DNA of 64,000 bases from the NCBI GenBank assembly GCA_964513845.1, contig CAZENT010000001.1, positions 42,450 to 106,449 of the forward strand. Direction: 5' to 3'. The position numbers were made by a program, and so were the translations under genes. Source of the stretch: an uncultured Pseudomonadales bacterium. GTDB lineage: Bacteria; Patescibacteriota; Microgenomatia; UBA1400; MFAQ01. Shown here piece by piece: positions 17,113-26,214 of the stretch (position 1 is its first letter; every line of letters starts with the position of its first letter). Below the pieces are notes generated by a model. That model was not told where the DNA came from and did not search any database. It saw only the letters and a program-made list of their open reading frames with translations.

Positions 17113-17693
17113 TAGCCAAGTAGCTGAATTTCGTCTCCAATTAGAGTGACTCGTGGCTGGAGGAGAACTTTGATAATAAAGGGATCCTGATGATTCATGC
17201 GATATTTGAACTCGTCTTCAGTCATACACGAGTAGTTTATTTCGGTGTTAAGAAGTTTTTCGGCGGTTTTTACAATAATTGCAACCTGAGGCATGATGAT
17301 TTTGCCAATAAGCATAAGATCGACTTCTTCCGCATCTCTTTTGATTCCTCGAGTGAGCTTTTGGGAAACAAAAGCGAATTTAACAAAACCCAGTTTACTT
17401 CTGTTTTTGAGAATTAATCTTCCAAGACCGGTAGATTTGGAAACAAGATTAGAAAGCTCAGGATAGATTGAGAAGGAAGTTTTGACAGAGTAATACAGGC
17501 GATTGCCGCGCTTTTCACTTTTGAGGAGCCCAGCTTTTTGGAGATGATCCAACTCGCGCCTGACTGCATTGATTTCTTCTTTGGTGGCACGAGTCAGCTC
17601 ACGAACATAAAACATGTTCTTGGAGTCCGAAAGAAAAATCTTTAGGAGCTTTACTCTAACTTTTGAAATGATTAAATCAGATAATTTGGCCAT
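17112..17693 (-). CDS. Winged-helix DNA-binding protein (193 aa)
   Basis: N-terminal wHTH-like region (FYVRELTRATKEEINAVRRELDHLQKAGLL). Overlaps the downstream AbrB-like gene by 1 nt. Confidence 0.45.
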   Translation of the reverse strand: MAKLSDLIISKVRVKLLKIFLSDSKNMFYVRELTRATKEEINAVRRELDHLQKAGLLKSEKRGNRLYYSVKTSFSIYPELSNLVSKSTGLGRLILKNRSKLGFVKFAFVSQKLTRGIKRDAEEVDLMLIGKIIMPQVAIIVKTAEKLLNTEINYSCMTEDEFKYRMNHQDPFIIKVLLQPRVTLIGDEIQLLG

Positions 17694-17717
17694 ATATTTG
17701 GGGCAGGCCTAATATCC

Positions 17718-18935
17718 TCAATTGTATACGACTTTGTTGCCAATGGGTAATATTTCTACCCAGATATTTCCCGGGACAAAAACCATTTCTTTTCCGGCTT
17801 TGTCGGTAAAAATGGTGCGACTAAGCTGTTTAGCTTTTTTCCAGGTAACTTCTGTAGCAACTCCGTTTTGAAATACAATTCCAGTTCCGGAACCAATAAC
17901 GTCGTAGTACATGTGCTTGCCGTAGTCATTAAGACTGGTTTCTTTGGCAAACTGGACGATAACATTGGCCGCGGATAACTGCTGATTGGTGTCGAGATCC
18001 AGGTGAGCGGCGCCGCCGTTGAAGCGAAGATATGATTTGGTAGCTTGATCGTATTTCCACTCAACATTAAAGTCGGTGTAGTTGGACCAGAAATCAAATT
18101 TGATGTCGGTTGCAGGAGAACCCGCTGGAGCAATGTCGGCATTTGTTTTCCAAGCGGTGAAGCCAGATAACCAAGGCATGTCGTTTGGCATCTTGCCGGT
18201 GTAACCACGCTTCTCGGCTTCTTTCCAAGCGTAGGATAAATAGCCTACGTAGGTGTGCTCTGTGGCAATTGTGGCGGCAGTACCAAGTCGGTCGTAATCT
18301 CTTTTCATAACAGGAATGCCAATATCGCCAATGGTGTCAAAATCATTACCACCGGGTTTTCTCCAACCAAGTTTGGCCAGCTCTTCGATGGCGAAGGCTT
18401 TGGGATTGGAAACACATTGGCCACTTGCTTGATCACGTCCACAGTTGGCACCTCCGACGTGCATATACACTGGAGTGTTGTATTCGGCGGCAATATTGAC
18501 GAAGTAAATGCGAGCTGATCTGACCGGGGCAACTCTCATGGTGTCGGCTTGAGCACCACAGTAAAAGACTCCCATAAAGCGAGTGATGCCTCCTTCGGCA
18601 ACTGCTTCATAAACGATATCGGCCGAAGAAAGTCCTGACTGGGGTCTCACGGATTTGTCGTTTTCGATCATGGCTAGTATAGGCCTGCGTGTTTCCCAAA
18701 GTTTTTTTTCTGATTTGCTATATAGCTTGCCGTTTAGGGGGCAGATTTCTGTTTTTGGCTCATTAGCAAACTGACCGAAACCAGTTGATTTTACAGACTC
18801 TTCTGTAGATACTTTGGGTGAAATTAACAGCCCGCCAGACTCTGGGACAACCGCGAAAGCAATTCCCCCGGAGACGAGAAAGGTGGCAACTAGACCAATA
18901 ATAGTTTTTAGGGAAAATAATTTGACAGAAGACAT
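17718..18935 (-). CDS. DUF3048-like (YerB-type) secreted/membrane-anchored protein
   Basis: N-terminal TM. RPILAMIENDKSVRPQSGLSSADIVYEAVAEGGITRFMGVF matches the conserved DUF3048 core. Confidence 0.5.
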   Translation of the reverse strand: MSSVKLFSLKTIIGLVATFLVSGGIAFAVVPESGGLLISPKVSTEESVKSTGFGQFANEPKTEICPLNGKLYSKSEKKLWETRRPILAMIENDKSVRPQSGLSSADIVYEAVAEGGITRFMGVFYCGAQADTMRVAPVRSARIYFVNIAAEYNTPVYMHVGGANCGRDQASGQCVSNPKAFAIEELAKLGWRKPGGNDFDTIGDIGIPVMKRDYDRLGTAATIATEHTYVGYLSYAWKEAEKRGYTGKMPNDMPWLSGFTAWKTNADIAPAGSPATDIKFDFWSNYTDFNVEWKYDQATKSYLRFNGGAAHLDLDTNQQLSAANVIVQFAKETSLNDYGKHMYYDVIGSGTGIVFQNGVATEVTWKKAKQLSRTIFTDKAGKEMVFVPGNIWVEILPIGNKVVYN

Positions 18936-18938
18936 GAA

Positions 18939-19397
18939 TTATTTTAGAGCTTGTTTGATAACTTCTTGTTCTTCGCTACTTAAAGTTTGAGCACTTACCT
19001 TACCACCTTCGACTTTTTTGGCGTAGAGGCGCGTATTTTCGCGACTATGTAATGAGCTTATCATAATACCGTCCCCCAAGTCATCTAAAAGAGCGGCAGT
19101 AAAACTCTGATCTCCACCAGTATCGGTGAACGGATTGTAACGTTTGAACCCGAGTTTTTGAAGATGTTTTTTGTTTTCGTTGATTTCGTGATTCAGCTTT
19201 TCGGTAAGAGTCTCGATATCTTTGGAGTTTCTTTCTGAAAGGGAGATTAGATGGTTAAGAGATGAAATGAGATCCTTCTTGGAAACATCGGCGGTAAGGT
19301 TGCGATAGTGAAGAAGCATTTTGATCAAAAGAAAAGTAATGACAATTAGCCATAAAGCGATAGCTCCGAAGAGATAATTTGTTGGTATCATAGACAT
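18939..19397 (-). CDS. DUF4446-like membrane-anchored protein
   Basis: N-terminal TM helix followed by a coiled-coil region, adjacent to the DUF3048 gene. That pairing is common in Firmicutes and CPR. Confidence 0.4.
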   Translation of the reverse strand: MSMIPTNYLFGAIALWLIVITFLLIKMLLHYRNLTADVSKKDLISSLNHLISLSERNSKDIETLTEKLNHEINENKKHLQKLGFKRYNPFTDTGGDQSFTAALLDDLGDGIMISSLHSRENTRLYAKKVEGGKVSAQTLSSEEQEVIKQALK

Positions 19398-19420
19398 ATT
19401 AAGTTTACTATATTAGAAGC

Positions 19421-19663
19421 ATGACTAAACAGCGAAAAACCAGAAAAGAAAAAATTAGAAGTGAGATTAGACAGAAAGAACGCGAAACGTTTGCGATTAA
19501 GGCTGAATGGCTTCAAACAGGCTCAAAAACCGCAAATAAAACTGTCGTTCTTGGTGAACCTGAGAAAAAATTCCTGAGATTGGACTTGACAAAGACTTTT
19601 CTTCTATCTATGCTTGTCCTAGCCTTGGAGTTAGCTTTGTGGCAGTATTTATCAAGGCACTAA
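19421..19663 (+). CDS. Small basic protein with C-terminal TM helix (80 aa)
   Basis: ORF only. K/R-rich N-terminus and hydrophobic C-terminus. Confidence 0.35.
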   Translation: MTKQRKTRKEKIRSEIRQKERETFAIKAEWLQTGSKTANKTVVLGEPEKKFLRLDLTKTFLLSMLVLALELALWQYLSRH

Positions 19664-19690
19664 CAAAAAGAAAGGGGGTGAACCAAGAAA

Positions 19691-19831
19691 ATGCAGATCT
19701 ATTGTGTAAAATGTAGAGCCAAAAAAGAGGTGTCAGAATTCGAAAGAGTTACGATGAAAAATGGTAAACCAGCCGTTAAAGCTGTTTGCCCAACATGCGG
19801 CACCAAAATGTTTAAAATCGGCGCCAAGTAA
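19691..19831 (+). CDS. 46-aa zinc-ribbon protein (DUF5679-like), absent from the ORF track
   Basis: ATG at 19691 is preceded by AGGGGGTG SD at 19673-19680. The product MQIYCVKCRAKKEVSEFERVTMKNGKPAVKAVCPTCGTKMFKIGAK has CxxC...CxxC, and a terminator follows. Confidence 0.55.
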   Translation: MQIYCVKCRAKKEVSEFERVTMKNGKPAVKAVCPTCGTKMFKIGAK

Positions 19832-19845
19832 ACAAACTTAAAAAC

Positions 19846-19876
19846 CCAAGCTAGAGTAATCGACCTTGGGTTTTTT
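19846..19876 (+). terminator. Rho-independent terminator
   Basis: Stem cccaag / cttggg with a 13-nt loop, followed by TTTTTT. Confidence 0.6.
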
Positions 19877-19902
19877 GTGATTCGAATTGATTTTTGCTAT
19901 CG

Positions 19903-20598
19903 CTACTTCTTCTTGCTGAGATTTTTGTACCAACCTTCAAGAAGAGTTTTTACCAAGTCTTTTGATCCAAGTCCAAGACTAATTCCAATACCGAGTGCCA
20001 GGGCAGCTATAAAGCCTGTAAAGGTGGTTTCAATAAAGAATCGAGCAATGCCAAGCTGAGAGAGGGCGACCAGAATGAAGAGGGTTAGCGTGGCGTAACT
20101 GACAACCTTTCCAACCAAGCGAGAGAAGGCCGGATCACCTGAGCCTAGAGAACCTTTAACCATTTTTTCTAAGAAGCCGGCGATAAAAACACCAACTATT
20201 AGAATAATTATGGCGGCGACAAGGGTGGGAATACCTAAGATGATACTGTTGAGGAACTCGCTGACAGAAGTTAAACCCAGAACGTTGATACTAGCAATAA
20301 AGAACAAAATGATAATGATCCAGTGAATAATTTCGCCAATCACGACCTCAATTTTCTGAGTCATTTGAGCGTTTTTTAGAAACTCGTTAAAGGCAGTGTT
20401 TTTGATGATGCCACCAAGCTTGGTTAAGTTGACGAGTTTGATGGTGAGAGTTTTAAGCCAGCCAGCAAGAATGAGGCCAAATAAAAACAAGACAATAGCA
20501 CCCAATAGACTGGGAATAAAACTAACGATGCCAACGAGCATTTGATTAAAAGCAAAAGTGAGAGAGTTTTCGAAGGAATAAAAAACATTTGTGTTCAT
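19903..20598 (-). CDS. Polytopic membrane protein with repeated conserved TM-helix modules
   Basis: Four or more hydrophobic helices, resembling the N-terminal TM_helix repeats of small mechanosensitive-channel-like proteins. Confidence 0.45.
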   Translation of the reverse strand: MNTNVFYSFENSLTFAFNQMLVGIVSFIPSLLGAIVLFLFGLILAGWLKTLTIKLVNLTKLGGIIKNTAFNEFLKNAQMTQKIEVVIGEIIHWIIIILFFIASINVLGLTSVSEFLNSIILGIPTLVAAIIILIVGVFIAGFLEKMVKGSLGSGDPAFSRLVGKVVSYATLTLFILVALSQLGIARFFIETTFTGFIAALALGIGISLGLGSKDLVKTLLEGWYKNLSKKK

Positions 20599-20641
20599 GG
20601 GTCTATCTTATAGATAGTTTGGGTTTTAGTCAACAAACGAT

Positions 20642-20671
20642 TCGACAATACTATGGGTTTTACTATATAAT
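20642..20671 (+). promoter_or_regulatory. Putative sigma70-type promoter of rnpB
   Basis: -35-like TCGACA at 20642-20647, an 18-nt spacer, then TATAAT at 20666-20671 about 6 nt before the RNA start. Confidence 0.4.
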
Positions 20672-20675
20672 ATAG

Positions 20676-20990
20676 ACACTCCCGGGTGCTGGTGAGGAAC
20701 GCCCTGCCGCAAGGCAGGGAGGAAAGTCCGGACAGCTAAAAGATAGGGTGACCAGGGAAACCTGGTTCTTCTCGAGGTGACTCGAGAGGCGCGATAGGGC
20801 CACAGAGACGAATAAAGGTGAAACGCTCTTGGTTACAAGAGATGGTTTAGAAGTAACTCTAAACTAGTGGTAACCCGCCCTGCTGCAATCGACGAATTGG
20901 GATTAAGGTATCTTTTCCGTCCCAGAAGTCTCGAGCATTAGATAGATGTTCCTCCTAGACAGAATCCGGCTTACTATGACCCGGGGGTCC
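20676..20990 (+). ncRNA. rnpB: RNase P RNA (bacterial type A, reduced length)
   Basis: Universally conserved P4 strands GGGAGGAAAGTCCGGAC (20717-20733) and ACAGAATCCGGCTTAC (20959-20974). P1 pairs cccgggt (20681-20687) with acccggg (20979-20985). An AGGTGAAACG...GGTTACAAGAG region resembles the J11/12-P12 region. Confidence 0.8.
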
Positions 20991-20998
20991 CGAAAGGG

Positions 20999-21994
20999 TT
21001 AATGAATTTCGGGGATGTTGGTAGTTTTGTTTACTCTAATGTGAGCGAGAATCACTCTGGCCGAAAGTACTAATGGGAGTGAAAGAACTGCCAGTAATGG
21101 TCCACCCAGTTTCAAACCAATCATGATGGCGAGAAGAGTAATTATCGGATTAAGACCGGTGGTTTTTTGCATTATCTTCGGAACGATTAGATTGTTTTCA
21201 AGTTGCTGAACGATAATTGAGACAGCTAGAGCACCTATACCGTGGGCAGGAGAAATGGAAAAGCCGACAATGACAGCTGGAATGGTGGCGATGGTTGGCC
21301 CAACATTGGGTACTAGTTCTAACAAACCCGCAATCACACCCAAGGCAATGGCATACGGTAAACCGACTATAACATAGCCAAGATAACTGAGAACACCGAC
21401 AATGAGCATGAGTAGAACTTCTCCCCGAATCCAGTGTCCTATCTCAACTTCCAGTTTTTCTGCAATTGAGTTGTATCTTTCACCTTTTTCCGGAGACCAA
21501 AAAAGGAAATAATTTTTCAGATTATGCATTTCCAAAATCATGTAGTAACTTAGGACAATTACGGCGAAGAATGTGATGAAACCTGAGAAAGTTCCTGCGG
21601 CAATTTTGAATACTTGATTTGGGACTTGAAAAATTTGAGTTGAAAAGGAGTTGACGTCAAACTTGATGGGACTTACGGTCTCGACAAGAGCCGGCAGCCT
21701 TTCAATAAACTGTTGAGTTTGACTGAATAAAGGTGAGGCGACAGATACGGCTAAAACGATAATTAAACTGAAGAAAGATAACAAAATAACAATAGCAGAC
21801 AAACCTCTTTTGATTTTACGTTTTTCAAACCAATCAACTAGTGGGCAAATGGCAAGAGTGATCAAAATGGCAGTAAAAATTAAGGCAATAATGTCCAGCA
21901 ATCGAATAACGGCAAAAACGATTGCAAGCGAGAAAAGAACCCAAAAAATACTGGCGATAGAGAGATCGAACGTTATGCGTCGTTTTTTTATCAT
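20999..21994 (-). CDS. AI-2E family (PerM/YhhT-like) transporter
   Basis: 331 aa, 7-8 TM segments, with the typical AI-2E N-terminal KRRITFDL...IFW region. Confidence 0.6.
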   Translation of the reverse strand: MIKKRRITFDLSIASIFWVLFSLAIVFAVIRLLDIIALIFTAILITLAICPLVDWFEKRKIKRGLSAIVILLSFFSLIIVLAVSVASPLFSQTQQFIERLPALVETVSPIKFDVNSFSTQIFQVPNQVFKIAAGTFSGFITFFAVIVLSYYMILEMHNLKNYFLFWSPEKGERYNSIAEKLEVEIGHWIRGEVLLMLIVGVLSYLGYVIVGLPYAIALGVIAGLLELVPNVGPTIATIPAVIVGFSISPAHGIGALAVSIIVQQLENNLIVPKIMQKTTGLNPIITLLAIMIGLKLGGPLLAVLSLPLVLSARVILAHIRVNKTTNIPEIH

Positions 21995-21995
21995 T

Positions 21996-22991
21996 TTATT
22001 GGTATATTTTTTTCAATTGACTGATGAGGTTTGCTCTATCGGTACTTTTATCATACCAAACTATACCTGATTGTTTTTTAAACCAGACAGTTTGTCTTCG
22101 GGCGTAATCGACTTCAGAACGAGTCCAGGTTTCCACCAGCTCCTCATTGGAAACTTGACCTTCCAAGAAAGCAATTATTTGGGACACCCCCAGGCTAGTG
22201 TAAATGGGAAGGTTTCTGTTGGGATATTTGGTTAATAAATTTTTTACTTCGTCGATGGCACCATCGGCGATTCTATCCAAAACTCTTTTGTGGATTTGAT
22301 TTTTTATACTCTCTTTGTTGGGCATTATGCCAATCCAGTGAAATTGAGATTCTATTAGTGGGTTAATTTGAATAGATTCCCGATCAGGTCGGGAATGACA
22401 AGATTTTGTTATCGATGATGAGTTATTTAATGAGATTTCAATGGCGCGAATTAGCCGGCGAGGATTCATAAAATCCGAGTGATTAAGTGCTGCGAGTTTT
22501 TCTGGATTTTCTTTTTGAAGATAATCTTGAAGCTCTTTGGTGGTGAGCTTCTCTAGTTCTTTTCGCAATTCTTCGTTTGGTGGTACTAAAACATCCGAAA
22601 GATTTTGAGTAATGGCTTTTAAATACAAGCCTGTTCCCCCGACAATTATCAAGGGTGTTTTTGTGGCAATCGAGTCGTTGATTACTTTTTGAGAGTAACG
22701 ACAAAAATCTGCAAGATTTGCTCTTTCATCTGATCGAAAAATATCATGCCCAAATATTTTTATATTTTCGGGAAGGTTGAGCGGAATATCTTTCCCGGTG
22801 ATGATATCCAAATCTTGGTAAACTTGCCGTGAGTCAACCGATAAAATATTTGCTTTGGGCAGCTCTTTAGCTAAGTGAAGAGCAAGGCTAGTTTTGCCCG
22901 ATGCGGTTGGACCACAGATGACGACGATGTGATGATTGGAGTTAATTTGTATAGATTCCGGGTCAAGCCCGGAATGACATAGATATTTCAT
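21996..22991 (-). CDS. miaA: tRNA dimethylallyltransferase carrying two in-frame repeat-element insertions
   Basis: P-loop ICGPTASGKTSLAL and LSVDSRQVYQDLDIITGK match MiaA. Two ~13-aa insertions (CHSGLDPESIQIN at the N-terminus, CHSRPDRESIQIN mid-protein) coincide exactly with family A elements at 22950 and 22371. Confidence 0.8.
   Translation of the reverse strand: MKYLCHSGLDPESIQINSNHHIVVICGPTASGKTSLALHLAKELPKANILSVDSRQVYQDLDIITGKDIPLNLPENIKIFGHDIFRSDERANLADFCRYSQKVINDSIATKTPLIIVGGTGLYLKAITQNLSDVLVPPNEELRKELEKLTTKELQDYLQKENPEKLAALNHSDFMNPRRLIRAIEISLNNSSSITKSCHSRPDRESIQINPLIESQFHWIGIMPNKESIKNQIHKRVLDRIADGAIDEVKNLLTKYPNRNLPIYTSLGVSQIIAFLEGQVSNEELVETWTRSEVDYARRQTVWFKKQSGIVWYDKSTDRANLISQLKKIYQ
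22371..22400 (+). repeat. Short palindromic repeat element, family A, copy 2 (inside miaA, in frame)
   Basis: AATAGATTCCCGATCAGGTCGGGAATGACA. Confidence 0.8.
22950..22979 (+). repeat. Short palindromic repeat element, family A, copy 3 (inside the miaA 5' end, in frame)
   Basis: TATAGATTCCGGGTCAAGCCCGGAATGACA. Confidence 0.8.
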
Positions 22992-22993
22992 TT

Positions 22994-24145
22994 TTAGGGG
23001 ATTAGGGGTCTGTCTTTTAGGTTATCTTTGTTGGCAATTTGATCAAGAATTTCCCATCTTTGTTTTTTTACTTTGGCAGAAACGTCGTCAGGATAGAGCT
23101 TGAAGGAAGCAGTACCTGGACGAGGCGAGTATCTGGCAACAAAAGCAACTTTAAAGCCTACTTTTTTAATCAAGTCTAGTGTGTCCTCAAAATCTTCATC
23201 GGTTTCGCTGGGAAAACCAACAATAATATCAGTACCAAAAACGGCGTCCGGAACTTTGGCCTTGATCCTTTCTATCAAAGATAGATAAGACTCCCTGGTG
23301 TATCCTCGGTTCATAAGTTTAAGAATCCGATTACTTCCAGACTGAACTGGCAAGTGAATGAATCGGTCAATCTTGGGATTTCTTGCTATCTCATCGATTA
23401 ACTCATCCCAAAAATCCCAGGGGTTACTGGTAAAGAAAGTGATCTTCTCGATACCATGGATTTTGCTAATTTTTTGAAGAAGCAATACAAAAGGGGGGGT
23501 GTCTGTCGGTTTTTGATACTGAGATTCGTTTGAAGGAATGGAACTGGCGGTAAAGTTTTCTTTGTCCATGTAGAGCTTTCGCAGATTTATCCCTGATTTT
23601 TCCAAGCCGTATGAATTAACATTTTGACCAAGAAGATTGATGGTTTTGTAACCTTCTTTAGCGAGACTTTCAACTTCTTTGACAATGTCTTCCATTGAAC
23701 GCGATCTTTCTCTTCCCCGAGAAAATGGAACGATACAGTAAGTGCAAAATGAGTTACATCCAGTGGAGATGGGAACCCAAGCGTTGTCTTTATCTTTTCG
23801 AATAGATTTTTGATTGAAACCGACTTCGGCGATAGGAAGAATTTCATCAACATCAGGAAGCAATTCTTTTATCTCTTTTTCGTTGAAGTGAAGCATACAC
23901 CCAGTAAGGATTACCTTGGGCTTATGCTTGCCACTTTCTGCAAGAAATTTATTTAGATTTACGATAAACCCCTGAACTCTATCTTCGGCCGATTGACGAA
24001 CAGAGCAAGTATTGAGAACTATCTCATCCGCCTTTCTCCACTCTTGGGTTTCAGTGTAACCTCTGGCTGAGTAATCACCAAGAATTCTTTCGGAGTCTGA
24101 CTTATTTGCCTGACAACCGAATGTTTTGATGAATACTTTGGGCAT
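22994..24145 (-). CDS. miaB: tRNA-i6A37 methylthiotransferase (radical-SAM MTTase)
   Basis: N-terminal UPF0004 cysteines (FGCQAN, NTCSVR) and radical-SAM CxxxCxxC (CNSFCTYC). ATG at 24145 overlaps the hup stop (TAATG). Confidence 0.8.
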   Translation of the reverse strand: MPKVFIKTFGCQANKSDSERILGDYSARGYTETQEWRKADEIVLNTCSVRQSAEDRVQGFIVNLNKFLAESGKHKPKVILTGCMLHFNEKEIKELLPDVDEILPIAEVGFNQKSIRKDKDNAWVPISTGCNSFCTYCIVPFSRGRERSRSMEDIVKEVESLAKEGYKTINLLGQNVNSYGLEKSGINLRKLYMDKENFTASSIPSNESQYQKPTDTPPFVLLLQKISKIHGIEKITFFTSNPWDFWDELIDEIARNPKIDRFIHLPVQSGSNRILKLMNRGYTRESYLSLIERIKAKVPDAVFGTDIIVGFPSETDEDFEDTLDLIKKVGFKVAFVARYSPRPGTASFKLYPDDVSAKVKKQRWEILDQIANKDNLKDRPLIP

Positions 24146-24420
24146 TACCAAACCTTTTTCTTTAACGGTTTGCCTACATGAAAATTGATGACCTTGTGTC
24201 CTTTGACTACTTGTCTTTTGCCTTCGTTGCCAAAAGGAACAACTTGTTTGTCATCAACTTTGCCAACATAAAATGTACCAAAACCAGAAATAACTACCTT
24301 TTCGCCCTTACCCAGAGCAGCTATCGACTCTTCAAAAAATGTGTCGACTGTTTCTTTGACTGCCTTTTTGGTCAAGTGTACCTTTTTGGACACTATGCCG
24401 ATGAGTGTTTGTTTGGTCAT
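24145..24420 (-). CDS. hup: DNA-binding protein HU/IHF family
   Basis: MTKQTLIG...GFGTFYVGK...VPFGNEGKR is an HU-arm signature. GGGGTGA SD lies before the ATG at 24420. Confidence 0.8.
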   Translation of the reverse strand: MTKQTLIGIVSKKVHLTKKAVKETVDTFFEESIAALGKGEKVVISGFGTFYVGKVDDKQVVPFGNEGKRQVVKGHKVINFHVGKPLKKKVW

Positions 24421-24510
24421 ATATTTTTTCACCCCCTTAAGGTGATTGGGCAGTAATAATGTTAATTAATTTAGCTGATGTTACCATCAAAAGAGTGATT
24501 ATTGCAAGTC

Positions 24511-26067
24511 TTAACTGGCAATTTCTGCTGCACGAGTTTCACGAATGACATTTACCTTGACTGTTCCAGGGAAAGTCATGGTGGATCTAATCTCATCGCG
24601 AATGGCTTGAGCGAGTATGGGTAGCTGATCATCGCCGGCCTTGCCAGGATTGACGATGACACGAATTTCACGACCGGCAGAAATAGCATAAGCATCTTCA
24701 ACTTCTGGATGTTTTCTGGCGATTTCTTCCAGCTGTCTAATTCTCTTGCCATATTCTTCGGTGTTTTCGTGACGAGCTCCTGGACGTGAGCCTGAGATGG
24801 CGTCGGAAATATAAACTAGCATAGACTCAGAAGAGCTGAACTCTTCATCTTCGTGATGCTGAGCAACACAGTCGATGACGGCTTGAGGCAGATTGTATTT
24901 CTTCAAAAAGTTAACACCAAGCTCAACATGGTTTCCTTCTCCCTCAATAACCTTGCCGATATCGTGTAAAAGACAACCTAGACGGATAGTGTCGATGTTG
25001 GCACCAACTTCGTTGCCGAGTTTAATACCAATTCTGGTTTCCTCAAGAGTGTGACTGATCATGTTTTGTCCATAGGAGGTGCGGAATTTGAAACGACCAA
25101 GGACATTGATGACATCCCTAGGCATGTTGTAAACACCAACAGCGTGACAAAGTTTTTGACCCTCTTGGAACATTAGCTGTTCAACGTCTCTTCTGGCTCT
25201 ATCGAAGTATTCTTCGATACGAGCTGGGTGAATACGACCGTCTTTAATTAATCGAATTAAGGTAACACGGGCAATTTCACGTCTGACTGGATCAAAACTA
25301 CTAAGCTTTACCTCATCTGGTGAGTCATCCATAGAAACATCACAACCGGAAACTTTTTCAAAAATACGAATGTTTCGTCCGTCTTTGCCAATGATTCTAC
25401 CTTTGGTTTCTTCGTCTGGGATTGGAACTGTAGAGATAGTGTACTCAGCAACGTAGTCTGTGGCACCGGCGCGCATTGAGTCGACCAGTATTTCTCGAGC
25501 AACATCTTCAGCTTCTATTTTGGCTTTTTCTTCAGTTTCTTTTATGATTCTAGCTATTTCCTGAGAAGAACCCTTTTCTACTTGAGCGAGAAGTTCTTTT
25601 TTGGCTTGCTCTGTGGTTAAGGAAGCTATTTTTTCAAGCTTTTTACCCATTGCCGTTTCTTGATCGGCTAGTTTTGCCTTGACTTCATCGGCGCCTTTTT
25701 GCTGGGCATCAAGCATAAGTTTTTGTTTTCTGGCTTGATCTTCAAGAGTTTGCAGTCCACGTTGTTTTTCGGCTAAAGCTTTTACTCTGACCTCAATGTC
25801 TTCAAGCTGGATACGAGTATCTTTGAGAGCCTGATCTTTTAGTTTGAAGGCTTCATCTTTGGCGGCAAGAATAATTTCTCTAGCCTGATTTTGAGCTTGG
25901 GCGGTGGCTTGAGCAATGATGGCTGAGGTATCTACGGAAGGAGCGGCAACGACTTTGGGTTCTTCTTTTTTGGCAACAACAGGTTCGACGGAAACTTTTT
26001 TGACAGCGGGAGCAGAGGCAGAAGAAGCCTTGAAAAGATTTGTTTTGAAAATTGATAGTAATGACAT
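24511..26067 (-). CDS. rny: Ribonuclease Y
   Basis: N-terminal TM/coiled coil, a KH domain, and an HD domain (LLHDIGK) in RNase Y order. Confidence 0.85.
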   Translation of the reverse strand: MSLLSIFKTNLFKASSASAPAVKKVSVEPVVAKKEEPKVVAAPSVDTSAIIAQATAQAQNQAREIILAAKDEAFKLKDQALKDTRIQLEDIEVRVKALAEKQRGLQTLEDQARKQKLMLDAQQKGADEVKAKLADQETAMGKKLEKIASLTTEQAKKELLAQVEKGSSQEIARIIKETEEKAKIEAEDVAREILVDSMRAGATDYVAEYTISTVPIPDEETKGRIIGKDGRNIRIFEKVSGCDVSMDDSPDEVKLSSFDPVRREIARVTLIRLIKDGRIHPARIEEYFDRARRDVEQLMFQEGQKLCHAVGVYNMPRDVINVLGRFKFRTSYGQNMISHTLEETRIGIKLGNEVGANIDTIRLGCLLHDIGKVIEGEGNHVELGVNFLKKYNLPQAVIDCVAQHHEDEEFSSSESMLVYISDAISGSRPGARHENTEEYGKRIRQLEEIARKHPEVEDAYAISAGREIRVIVNPGKAGDDQLPILAQAIRDEIRSTMTFPGTVKVNVIRETRAAEIAS

Positions 26068-26214
26068 CGGTTTATAAAAATATTAAACCTAGTCTAAGAA
26101 CAATCCGGAAACCACGCAAACTCAGCCGCAGAGCGACTGAAGTATTTTTATGTTTGTATAGCTTGTTTCGAACATTGCGTAATTTAGATTTACTCTTAGA
26201 TTAGTAACCATATT

